64,000 bases of DNA from Alphaproteobacteria bacterium (GTDB lineage Bacteria > Pseudomonadota > Alphaproteobacteria > CACIAM-22H2): the NCBI GenBank assembly GCA_036381615.1, contig DASVCL010000014.1, positions 6,621 to 70,620 on the forward strand, in the 5' to 3' direction. Position numbers and translations under genes: made by a program. This document shows, piece after piece, positions 1 through 7,283 of the stretch (positions within the stretch are counted from its first letter, which is position 1; every line of letters starts with the position of its first letter). The notes below the pieces were generated by a model. It had not been told where the DNA came from. It made no database searches and saw only the letters and a program-made list of their open reading frames with translations.

Positions 1-83
1 GGCGGGCGTTCCGGCTCGAAGGTGCCCTCTTCAATCTTCCGCCACTTTTCCAGCAGCGCGTCGCTTTTTTGGCTTTCAGCCAT
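1..83 (-). CDS. hypothetical protein, N-terminal 27 codons only (runs off the left edge)
   Basis: ATG at 83-81 (minus) opens MAESQKSDALLEKWRKIEEGTFEPERP and stays open to position 1. No family recognised and the start context is weak. Confidence 0.2.
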   Translation of the reverse strand, partial: MAESQKSDALLEKWRKIEEGTFEPERP

Positions 84-269
84 CTCCGGTAGAATAGCAC
101 GCGCAGTTCGAAGACGCATGCACGAGAAATCCCGAGGCCAATAGCCGTGATGCTCGATCGGTGGGCGTTGAGGGCCTCGCGCCATCAATGGCGCTTCGCT
201 CCGCCAGAGACGGTCGCCGGTGCCGAGTAGCGTTTTCTGAGCGCGATGATGCTGGTGCGCAGCGTACGG

Positions 270-521
270 CTACGACATCTCGGTCAGAGACGCCGGATCG
301 ATGCCGTGCTTTCTGCACAGTGCCTGAAGGCGCGCGCGACCGGCGTCGAGGTTCCTCCCGCTTTCCCAATCCACAAAATCGGAAAAATCAATCTGGTGGA
401 TCAGACCGGGATTTGTGCCATGTAATGCACGAAGCATTGCCTCCATATCAGCGGAGAATGGGTGCGCTCCATGAATGAGCATGTCAGTGAATGGGTGATC
501 CCCCGCCTTGCCGTTGGCCAT
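270..521 (-). CDS. hypothetical small protein (83 aa)
   Basis: ORF-track protein MANGKAGDHPFTDMLIHGAHPF... has protein-like rather than shadow-like composition and lower GC than the core genes. No family recognised. Confidence 0.4.
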   Translation of the reverse strand: MANGKAGDHPFTDMLIHGAHPFSADMEAMLRALHGTNPGLIHQIDFSDFVDWESGRNLDAGRARLQALCRKHGIDPASLTEMS

Positions 522-722
522 GTCATCTCCCGAGTATCCGCTCTACTGTGCCGCCTCGACCTTCGCAATTACGAGCGAGAGCGCCGGTCCGTCAAGTGAG
601 GGTGTCATCGACCGCCGGTCGGGCCCGATCTAGCAAAAAAGTCTTTGCACACTTCTTAGCACATTTCTAAACAAGGGCTTGGGAACCCCCGATTTTCCGA
701 AGCCTCTTGACAGCACAGTCTC

Positions 723-779
723 CTTAAAATCCGTCGGCCCGCAAGGGCCGTGCCGGTTCAAGTCCGGCAGCGGGCACCA
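723..779 (+). other. 3' portion of a tRNA-Leu(UAA)-like gene (anticodon loop to CCA) lacking the 5' half; probable relic att repeat
   Basis: Reads CTTAAAA loop, long variable arm GGCCC-GCAA-GGGCC (736-749), T arm GCCGG-TTCAAGT-CCGGC (752-768), then AGCGGGC-A-CCA ending at 779. No complementary 5' acceptor strand or D arm lies upstream. Confidence 0.6.
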
Positions 780-878
780 TGTGCGACAGTTCAGTCGCCG
801 GTCGTTGCCGCGACGATCCTTGCCCCTGGCAGGCCTGTTCTGACAGCGTTGGCCTTCGATCCAATCAGCGCGATCGGG

Positions 879-1076
879 AAGAGCTTCGAGGGCATCAAGA
901 TCAAGCGTGGCGACGGCGGCCTCCGAAAGGATATGGCGACCGTGGCGGCGGTGAGGTCTATGATCGGGCCGAAGATCGCGCTGATGGGCGATTGCAATCG
1001 GAGTCTCGATCCCGCCGAAGCGGGCCGGCGGCTCGCGCGCTTGGCCGAATACGATCCGCATTGGACTGAGGAGCGC
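879..1076 (+). pseudogene. fragment of an enolase-superfamily (mandelate racemase/muconate lactonizing enzyme-like) gene
   Basis: [66 protein letters not shown] matches the central MR/MLE barrel region. No N- or C-terminal parts are present in frame. Confidence 0.5.
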
Positions 1077-1278
1077 GGCGGGAGCGGAGGCCGCATCTTC
1101 TCCGGCCTCGAGTCATATCTTCGTCGAGGCGAGCGCGCATGCCCTCGCCGTCACGACAAACGATCTGGCCCCGGAATCGAACGGGAGGCGACGGCAGTCG
1201 CGCGTCGAGCATATTGAGAGCGAGCTGGCCCGCCGCGACCGGCGCTTTGTCCGGCAGCTCGCCTCCGCGGAGAGAGCG

Positions 1279-3357
1279 ATGTCTGCTGACACTGGAACTG
1301 CCGAACCTCAAGAGGAACGGCAGATGGTCGATGCGCCCGCCCTGCGGGCGATCGAGGAGGAGCCCCAGTTCCGCGAGGCTCTCGAATCCTGCCCGGCCGG
1401 CCTGATCGTCGTTGACGAAGATGGGCGACTTCTCTTCCACAACGCGCGTCTGCGCGAGCTTCTCGGCTACCGCCGGGAGGAAATGAACCTCATCGACACC
1501 AGAATGTTCTGGTGCGACCTGCAACAGAGATCGCGGATCATCGAGGCCCTGCAGGCGCGTGGTGGCCAGCTGCTGAACGAAGAGGTGATCTGGAAGACGA
1601 AGACGGGCGAACTGCGCCACCTCTTGCTGTCGTATGTTCAGGTCGCCTATCAGGGCGGCCACGTCAGCTTCGTCGGCGGCAAACGGCTGTGCTGGGTCTA
1701 CGACATCACTGTGCTCAAGCAGCGCGAGGCCCAGATCTCGGAACAGGAACGGCAATTCCGCGAGATTCTCGCCTATTGCCCCGCCGGCCTGGTGATCGTC
1801 GACGAGGAGGGCCGCCTCCTTTTCCACAACGCGCGCCTGCGCGAGCTTCTGGGCTACACCGAGCAAGAGCTGAAACTGTTCGATACGCGGCAGTTTTGGC
1901 ACGACCTCGATCATCGCGCGCGGATCATCGAGCGCCTGCGAGAACAGGGCGGGCAGCTGCTGAACGAGGAGGTGATCTGGAAGACGAAGCATGGCCAGCC
2001 GGTGCATGTGCTCATTTCCTATGTTCAGGTGGCGTATCACGGCGGGCATATCAGCTTCGCGGGCGGTCAGCGCATGTCCTGGGCCTATGACATCACGCCG
2101 CTTCGCCAGGCGGAAGAAGCACGTATACGCAGCGAGCAACGCCTGACCGAGGCGATCGAGAGCATCTCCGAAGGGTTTGCCTACTATGATGCGGAGGACC
2201 GTCTGGTCATCTGCAACTCCTGCTATCGCGAGATTCTCTATGCCGGCCTCGACGCCGACCTTCCCGCCGGAATGACGTTCGAGACCATTGTTCGCCGGGC
2301 CGCGGAGCGCGGCTACATCAAGGATGCGGAGGGATGCGTCGACGAATGGGTCGCCCAACGGCTGTTGCAGCATCGAAACCCGGGCGAGCCGCAGGTGCAG
2401 CGGCGCTCCAATGGCCGCTGGGTCATGATCAGCGAGAGACGGACCGGGGACGGCGGCACCGTGGCGGTCTATTCGGACATCACGGAGCTGAAGGAGCGGG
2501 AGGAGAGTCTTGCCGAAAAATCCGCCACACTCGAGGCGCTCTCAGGCAAGTTGGCGAAATATCTTGCGCCTCAGGTCTATCAGTCGATCTTCACGGGACA
2601 GCAGGACGTGAAGATCGCGAGCACGCGCAAAAAGCTGACGGTCTGCTTCTCCGACATCGCCGATTTCACCGAGACCACCGACAAGATGGAATCGGAGGAT
2701 CTCAACCACCTGCTTAATCACTACCTGACGGAAATGTCGAAAATCGCGCTGCAGTACGGGGCGACGATCGACAAGTACGTCGGCGACGCCATCGTCATGT
2801 TCTTCGGCGATCCGGAGACGCGCGGCGTGAAGGAGGATGCCATCGCTTGCGTCAAGATGGCACTGGCCATGCAGCAGCGGATGGGGGAGCTTGCCGACAC
2901 CTGGCGAGGTGCCGGCATCGAAACGCCCCTGCGCTGCCGGATCGGCATTCACACCGGCTACTGCACTGTCGGCAATTTCGGCAGCGAAGACCGGATGGAC
3001 TACACCATCATCGGCGGTGCGGTAAACCTCGCCTCGCGGCTGGAGCATGAGGCGCAGCCGGGTCGTATCCTCATTTCGTTCGAGACGTTTGCTCACGTGA
3101 AGGACCACATTCAGTGCGAGGAGCTGGGACATATCAGGGCCAAAGGAATCGCCTACCCGATCGCGACCTATGGTGTCGTCGCGCTGAAGGGCGATCCCGC
3201 CACGATTCAAGGCCCGGTTCGCGCCGATTTGCCGCATCTGCGGCTGGAGATTGACCCGGGATCCATGTCCGGCGACGAGCGCCGCGAAGCGGCCGCGGCG
3301 CTGCGCCGTGCGCTCGACATGGTCGAGAGGGAGCCAGGGTATAACCCGACAGCCTGA
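1279..3357 (+). CDS. PAS-repeat sensor adenylate/guanylate cyclase (class III)
   Basis: ATG with a GGAGAGAG Shine-Dalgarno (SD). Has repeated PAS-like modules and a C-terminal cyclase core ([13 protein letters not shown]...[13 protein letters not shown]...[16 protein letters not shown]...[15 protein letters not shown]). Confidence 0.9.
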   Translation: MSADTGTAEPQEERQMVDAPALRAIEEEPQFREALESCPAGLIVVDEDGRLLFHNARLRELLGYRREEMNLIDTRMFWCDLQQRSRIIEALQARGGQLLNEEVIWKTKTGELRHLLLSYVQVAYQGGHVSFVGGKRLCWVYDITVLKQREAQISEQERQFREILAYCPAGLVIVDEEGRLLFHNARLRELLGYTEQELKLFDTRQFWHDLDHRARIIERLREQGGQLLNEEVIWKTKHGQPVHVLISYVQVAYHGGHISFAGGQRMSWAYDITPLRQAEEARIRSEQRLTEAIESISEGFAYYDAEDRLVICNSCYREILYAGLDADLPAGMTFETIVRRAAERGYIKDAEGCVDEWVAQRLLQHRNPGEPQVQRRSNGRWVMISERRTGDGGTVAVYSDITELKEREESLAEKSATLEALSGKLAKYLAPQVYQSIFTGQQDVKIASTRKKLTVCFSDIADFTETTDKMESEDLNHLLNHYLTEMSKIALQYGATIDKYVGDAIVMFFGDPETRGVKEDAIACVKMALAMQQRMGELADTWRGAGIETPLRCRIGIHTGYCTVGNFGSEDRMDYTIIGGAVNLASRLEHEAQPGRILISFETFAHVKDHIQCEELGHIRAKGIAYPIATYGVVALKGDPATIQGPVRADLPHLRLEIDPGSMSGDERREAAAALRRALDMVEREPGYNPTA
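1366..2139 (+). repeat. in-frame tandem duplication (2 x 387 nt) of a PAS module inside the cyclase gene
   Basis: [13 protein letters not shown]... starts at 1366 and [13 protein letters not shown]... at 1753. Hand alignment gives about 84 identities in the first ~120 positions. Confidence 0.85.
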
Positions 3358-3520
3358 ATTTGCAGGCGCCGGCGCGTCTTTCCCGACAAACGCAAACGCG
3401 CAGGGGCGGGAAGGCGCAGGCCGATCCGGCGGCCCCGGAGGGCGCGGCGGCCGGACGCGCGTGCTGCGCCTGTCGCAGCGCGCGCCGTCGCCCCGGCTTC
3501 GTGACTGCCGATCGTGCCGG

Positions 3521-3569
3521 CTATGCCGGCTGCAGCGTCAGCTGTTCGAGTTCCTCGACGCGTTTGGCG
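3521..3569. repeat. left 49-bp direct repeat (orphan copy of the Rad52-family gene 3' end)
   Basis: Identical to 5687-5735 except for one T/C mismatch at repeat position 43. Encodes the same AKRVEELEQLTLQPA* on the minus strand. Confidence 0.95.
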
Positions 3570-3812
3570 ATTTTCGGAGCATGGGTCGCAGTTTCACTGG
3601 TGGAAGGTGTCCTTCTTATGCGGTTTCGGAATCTCATCACTCGAGTGATGGTCATGATGCCGCTTCTTCAAGATCACGCCCCGGTCCAAGAGCTGGCGAA
3701 GACCGGCCAGGGTGTTAGCTTCATGCCTCCAAAGTGGAATTGCGTGGGCGATCGGCCGAACGCCCCTTTTGTTTAGATGATGACGACACTGAGGGCTCGC
3801 AATTGTTGCGCC

Positions 3813-3840
3813 TTGATTTCCTCTGTTCTTCAATTATAAG
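3813..3840 (+). promoter_or_regulatory. candidate sigma70-type promoter of the cassette operon
   Basis: TTGATT (3813-3818), 16-nt spacer, TATAAG (3835-3840), about 55 nt upstream of the ATG at 3896. Pattern match only. Confidence 0.3.
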
Positions 3841-3895
3841 TTGCTTAAGGAGCGGGACAAAATTCACGAAACATGAGATTTGCAAGGGGGGCAAA

Positions 3896-4768
3896 ATGAC
3901 GATTTTTGAACTCGTCAAAGTCGCACTCGATGAACTCTACCAAGACTGTCTGAGCGTATACGGTGACGGTGCTGACCGGAAAATCATCGAGAGTATGAGC
4001 TATCTGACGAATGTCTACCGAAACTTAAATGATGAAGGTCGCGAATCTGTTAACTACAGGAATCCGGTCAATCGTTTCGCCTACGTATACAAGTATGTAG
4101 CTGCTCATGGTGACTACATTGTTCAAGTTCTTCATGAGCTGCAACGGGAGTTGGAACGTCAGGGAAGCAGATCGATCTTCACGGACAAGAAACTTCGAGT
4201 GTCATGCATCGGTGGTGGACCAGGAAGCGACATCATCGCCGTTTTGAAGTACCTGAGTGAACGCGCGGAGAAGGAACCCGTAGAAAAGGTTATTTGCTAT
4301 TTGCTTGATAGAGAGCAAGCCTGGGCAGACGTTTGGACAGAACTTGACGAACTGTTCCGCGTCAATGTGGCGCTCAACGCAAACTTCCAGCCGTTGGATG
4401 TGACAAATCCAGAATCTTGGCGGTTGCAGAGAAAGTTTCTTGAAGCTGACCTGTTTACGATGAGCTATTTTGTTTCTGAAGTTATGTCACGCAACGGCGT
4501 AAGTGACTTCTGGAAGTACCTATTCGACCATGCAAAGGTTGGCTCGCTTTTTCTGTATATTGATAACGGGAGCGATATCTTCAATTCATACTTTGATAAC
4601 CTTTGTGGAGATGCTGGGCTGACACCTATTATCAAGCAGGACAACTATCGTATTATTCCGCGGTTTTCCGAGCAGGCATCAGAACTTGCCGAATATCAAG
4701 ATAAGTTCGGCCACAATCCCAGGATTCAAGGTCATGTGAGCTATCGCGTTCTTCAGAAGAAGTTTTGA
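3896..4768 (+). CDS. class I SAM-dependent methyltransferase-like protein (290 aa), family not placed
   Basis: ATG at 3896 preceded by a GGGGGG SD. Has Rossmann motif I CIGGGPGSD (nt 4205-4231), an acidic beta2 end (YLLD), LDV and DLFTMSYF. No (D/N)PP(Y/F) motif. Low GC. Confidence 0.6.
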   Translation: MTIFELVKVALDELYQDCLSVYGDGADRKIIESMSYLTNVYRNLNDEGRESVNYRNPVNRFAYVYKYVAAHGDYIVQVLHELQRELERQGSRSIFTDKKLRVSCIGGGPGSDIIAVLKYLSERAEKEPVEKVICYLLDREQAWADVWTELDELFRVNVALNANFQPLDVTNPESWRLQRKFLEADLFTMSYFVSEVMSRNGVSDFWKYLFDHAKVGSLFLYIDNGSDIFNSYFDNLCGDAGLTPIIKQDNYRIIPRFSEQASELAEYQDKFGHNPRIQGHVSYRVLQKKF

Positions 4769-5382
4769 TGGCTGAGCTGTTCTCAGATAATGAGAAGCTA
4801 GAGCGGATTCCGATGCCGGGCGCTGAGGTTTACCTCCTGCGGCATCTTGCTCTTGATCAGGCGCCAGATCGTATTAAGGACGAACTCATCCGTGAGACAC
4901 CCTGGCGTCAGGAAGCGGTGAGTGTCTGGGGTAAACATTACCTGCAGCCACGTCTCATCGCTTGGTATGGTGATCCTGGTTGCAGGTATTCTTATTCTGG
5001 TCTCAGCCTCGACCCTCTTCCGTGGACAGAATTGTTACTTGCGCTGCGCGCCCGTGTGGAACGAGTGGTAGACGAGAGGTTCAATAGTGTGCTGCTGAAC
5101 TACTATCGCGACAACAATGACAGCATGGGATTCCACAGCGATGACGAGCGGGAGCTTGGGCCGAGACCTATCATCGCGTCTTTGAGCCTTGGAGAAGAAA
5201 GAGCCATCGTCTTCAAAGCTAAAGCAAATAAAGAATTGAAACCGATTCGGATCATGCTTGGATCAGGTAGCCTCTTGGTGATGAAGGGCGACACACAGGC
5301 TAACTGGAAGCACGCCATTCTAAAGGAGAGGCGTCCTTGCGGTCCTCGTGTGAATCTGACATTCCGGCGTATCCAAATATAA
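4768..5382 (+). CDS. alkB: alpha-ketoglutarate/Fe(II)-dependent dioxygenase AlkB (ALKBH2/3-like)
   Basis: Shows NSVLLNYYRDNNDSMGFHSDDE (H123-x-D125), WKH (H182) and RVNLTFR (R194, R200). The ATG overlaps the upstream stop as TGATG (4766-4770). Confidence 0.9.
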   Translation: MAELFSDNEKLERIPMPGAEVYLLRHLALDQAPDRIKDELIRETPWRQEAVSVWGKHYLQPRLIAWYGDPGCRYSYSGLSLDPLPWTELLLALRARVERVVDERFNSVLLNYYRDNNDSMGFHSDDERELGPRPIIASLSLGEERAIVFKAKANKELKPIRIMLGSGSLLVMKGDTQANWKHAILKERRPCGPRVNLTFRRIQI

Positions 5383-5492
5383 GTTTTCTGAACCCAGGTG
5401 GGTGATCGCGACATCCACGTCAAAGTATTTGAATAGATAAGAAGGCAGGCGTCTCTAGATTCTTGTCATTGATAATCATCCGACTTTAGGCC

Positions 5493-5547
5493 GCAACCGC
5501 CTAGACCGGGGAGATTCGAAGGCATCTCGAATCTGAGATTGCGGTTG
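5493..5547. other. nested imperfect hairpin in the cassette 3' non-coding region
   Basis: Outer arms GCAACCGC (5493-5500) and GCGGTTG (5541-5547). Inner perfect 8-bp stem AGATTCGA (5512-5519) and TCGAATCT (5527-5534), flanked by GAGATT direct repeats. Confidence 0.5.
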
Positions 5548-5686
5548 TGCGCTTGGGTACATTGAAGCGTCCGACAGTGTTGGCTGCCTGAAAGCTTTAT
5601 TGCAGCAGCTCGTCTGATTGCATGCTCAATACGTCAGAAGGTGAGAATAACCCGTCGAGGCATTTCGGCGCCGTCAGACGTATCGC

Positions 5687-5735
5687 CTATGCCGGCTGCA
5701 GCGTCAGCTGTTCGAGTTCCTCGACGCGCTTGGCG
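5687..5735. repeat. right 49-bp direct repeat (functional 3' end of the Rad52-family gene)
   Basis: See 3521-3569. It starts exactly at the TAG stop (5687-5689, minus strand). Confidence 0.95.
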
Positions 5736-6421
5736 GCCTGTGGGAACCGCTCGGCGAGGCGCCGTGCGGTGGCGGCATTGGTGGTCCACCACTCCGCGGC
5801 ATTGCCGGCCCGCATCGCGCTCTCGAGCGCCTCGAGGAAGGCGCCGCCGCGATCGTACATCACGGCATCGCCCGTATCCGGGTCGATCAGCTGGAAGCCG
5901 CGCGGGGCCGTCGGCGCGCGCTTCATGCGGCGCGTCAGCAGGTCCTGCAGTTTCGCGGTTTCGTGGGCCGCAATCCTGACCGAGCGGCCCGAGGCCTCGA
6001 TATCGACCCAAGGTGCTTCCAGATCATAGAGGTAGCGTCCGATCCCCCAGCGCACGGCGGCGCGCTTGAACGCGTCCGAGAGCGCGCCCTTTTCCGCCTC
6101 GAAATCGGTGTCGCCAGCGCCGTCGGCCTTCCAGATCCATTCGTCGCCGATGCGGATGCCCAGCTCGCACACCGTCTTGCCGTTCGCGTGGGGATACCGG
6201 CACTGCCAGTTCTCGGGGCCGCAGACCTCGTCGAGGCGGTCCATCACGTCGCGCGCGTCGATGTAGGCGAGCGCCATGCCGCGCTTTCTGTCGGCGGTGG
6301 TCGAGCCGACACGCCAGCTCACGCGGTCGGCCGGAAAGGGGGCGGTAAGGGCCTTGATGTCGATCACGTCGCTGTCTCCGTCTTCGGCTGTGTTGATGTC
6401 GTCGCTTCGTAGAGGGGGCAT
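5687..6421 (-). CDS. Rad52/22-family single-strand annealing protein (phage recombinase type)
   Basis: LTAPFPADRVSWRVG...ALAYIDARDVMDRLDEVCGPENW...KGALSDAFKRAAVRWGIGRYLY is the family signature. Start chosen at the internal ATG 6421 (MPPLRSDD...); the ORF-track start at 6574 looks like shadow extension. Confidence 0.8.
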   Translation of the reverse strand: MPPLRSDDINTAEDGDSDVIDIKALTAPFPADRVSWRVGSTTADRKRGMALAYIDARDVMDRLDEVCGPENWQCRYPHANGKTVCELGIRIGDEWIWKADGAGDTDFEAEKGALSDAFKRAAVRWGIGRYLYDLEAPWVDIEASGRSVRIAAHETAKLQDLLTRRMKRAPTAPRGFQLIDPDTGDAVMYDRGGAFLEALESAMRAGNAAEWWTTNAATARRLAERFPQAAKRVEELEQLTLQPA

Positions 6422-6603
6422 TGGCCGCCATTCACGTCGCGGCAGTAGAGATAGGGCGGGAAGTCGTCCCACGTCTTCCGGGTCACGAACCCGAAACCTT
6501 CGATCCGGCGGTGCTTGATGCACAGCCACCGCCAGGGCGGATCGTGCCGATCCACCTTGTAGACGTGCGCGCACGTCTCGCAGAACGTCGGCTCATGCCG
6601 CAT
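6364..6603 (-). CDS. small Cys-rich phage-type protein (79 aa)
   Basis: MRHEPTFCETCAHVYKVDRHDPPWRWLCIKHRR...CRDVNGGQCPLYEA has CxxC plus further Cys residues. Its ATG at 6603 overlaps the stop of the upstream ORF (6593), and it overlaps the Rad52-family start. Confidence 0.5.
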   Translation of the reverse strand: MRHEPTFCETCAHVYKVDRHDPPWRWLCIKHRRIEGFGFVTRKTWDDFPPYLYCRDVNGGQCPLYEATTSTQPKTETAT

Positions 6604-6847
6604 CGGCCTTTTCCGGGGACATGGTCGTTGCCGGCGCATCGGGGCCCTCGACGGAGTGCGGGTCCGCCGTCTCGGCGATCCGCTCGAGGTCCTTGATGAT
6701 GCGCATGAGCGCCTCGTGCGCGCCGGCCGACATCCGCTCGCCCCGCAGCAGGCGCGCGAGTTCGACCGCATCGTGCTGGATGTAGTTCATCCGACGCGTG
6801 ACTTCCGTGGCGATGAAGAGACGATCCGCCGTGCTGTAGTGCGTCAT
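6593..6847 (-). CDS. hypothetical phage-type protein (84 aa)
   Basis: MTHYSTADRLFIATEVTRRMNYIQHDAVELARLL... has protein-like composition and is coupled to the next ORF. No family recognised. Confidence 0.5.
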   Translation of the reverse strand: MTHYSTADRLFIATEVTRRMNYIQHDAVELARLLRGERMSAGAHEALMRIIKDLERIAETADPHSVEGPDAPATTMSPEKADAA

Positions 6848-7138
6848 TTCGAATAAGGATGTAGAAGGGCAGGGCTCGTTGCGGGGTGGCTTTCGCCCGA
6901 GAACGCGCGGCGGATATGGCGCCCGCCGGCCGCGGCATATGGCGCCATGCGCGCCACGGGTTCGTCGCCGGCAGGATTACCCGCCCGCCGTCACCGCACG
7001 CGCCCCGCATTTCCGGTCCGGCCGCCGGCCTCATTGGGCCGAGGATTTCCGCCATTCGCGGACGCCGTCCGTCTCCACGCGTGCCTGTGACTTCGATCTC
7101 GGTGACCGCAATGTAGGAGACATTATCCCTACGGTCAA

Positions 7139-7152
7139 TAGGAAAACTCCTA
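7139..7152. promoter_or_regulatory. operator-like palindrome TAGGA-AAAC-TCCTA
   Basis: Perfect 5+4+5 palindrome in an AT-rich patch, with the same half-sites as 8021-8034. A looser GTAGG...CCTAC repeat lies at 7113-7132. Confidence 0.45.
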
Positions 7153-7283
7153 CGGCCAAGATGAAGAACCTGAGCCGGACCCGCGGGCGCGCACGCGGCC
7201 CGTCGCGCCGATGTCGCGCACTGCCGGCGCTGCCCGCGCGACCGGCGGCGGAGGTGTCGAAAAAGCGTGTTATGGGGCCGATA

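Larger units (their letters stand above)
3570..5686 (+). mobile_element. low-GC two-gene insert bounded by 49-bp direct repeats; no recombinase gene
   Basis: Sharp GC drop: 26/60 G+C in 3901-3960 versus 51/60 in 3421-3480. It is flanked by direct repeats and contains only the MTase-like and AlkB genes. Confidence 0.55.

Noticed and set aside
690-779. Possibility of a complete tRNA-Leu gene.
   Set aside because: No sequence complementary to the acceptor 3' strand or the anticodon-stem 3' strand, and no D arm, is present upstream. Only the 3' portion is tRNA-like.
958-2373. 471-aa ORF antisense to the cyclase gene. Many similar long ORFs occur elsewhere, for example 8487-10208, 10217-12079, 15337-17355, 38599-40422, 48573-50483 and 58495-61317.
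   Set aside because: They are Arg/Gly/Ala/Pro-rich, low-complexity translations lying opposite or out of frame to genes with clear family signatures. These are typical shadow ORFs of high-GC DNA.
1279-3357. Class III cyclase considered as a Pycsar/CBASS-like signalling defence cyclase.
   Set aside because: It is a large multi-PAS sensory cyclase of normal GC content with no adjacent effector gene. The next genes belong to a separately inserted low-GC cassette.
3594-3833. 79-aa minus-strand ORF ending 25 nt from the left direct repeat, considered as the 3' remnant of a tyrosine or serine recombinase gene (…WRHEANTLAGLRQLLDRGVILKKRHHDHHSS…).
   Set aside because: The resemblance to the recombinase box II region is loose, the spacing is wrong, and no catalytic Tyr is present before the stop. 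I cannot support the call without a profile search. It is still worth a BLASTX or HHpred check.
5493-5547. Hairpin downstream of AlkB considered as an integron attC site.
   Set aside because: The outer arms do not fit the RYYYAAC/GTTRRRY core sites. There is no intI, attI or cassette array, and the insert is bounded by repeats of a target gene instead.
6483-7055. 190-aa minus-strand ORF filling the gap after the repressor gene.
   Set aside because: It has shadow-like composition and overlaps the protein-like 84-aa and 79-aa ORFs out of frame.
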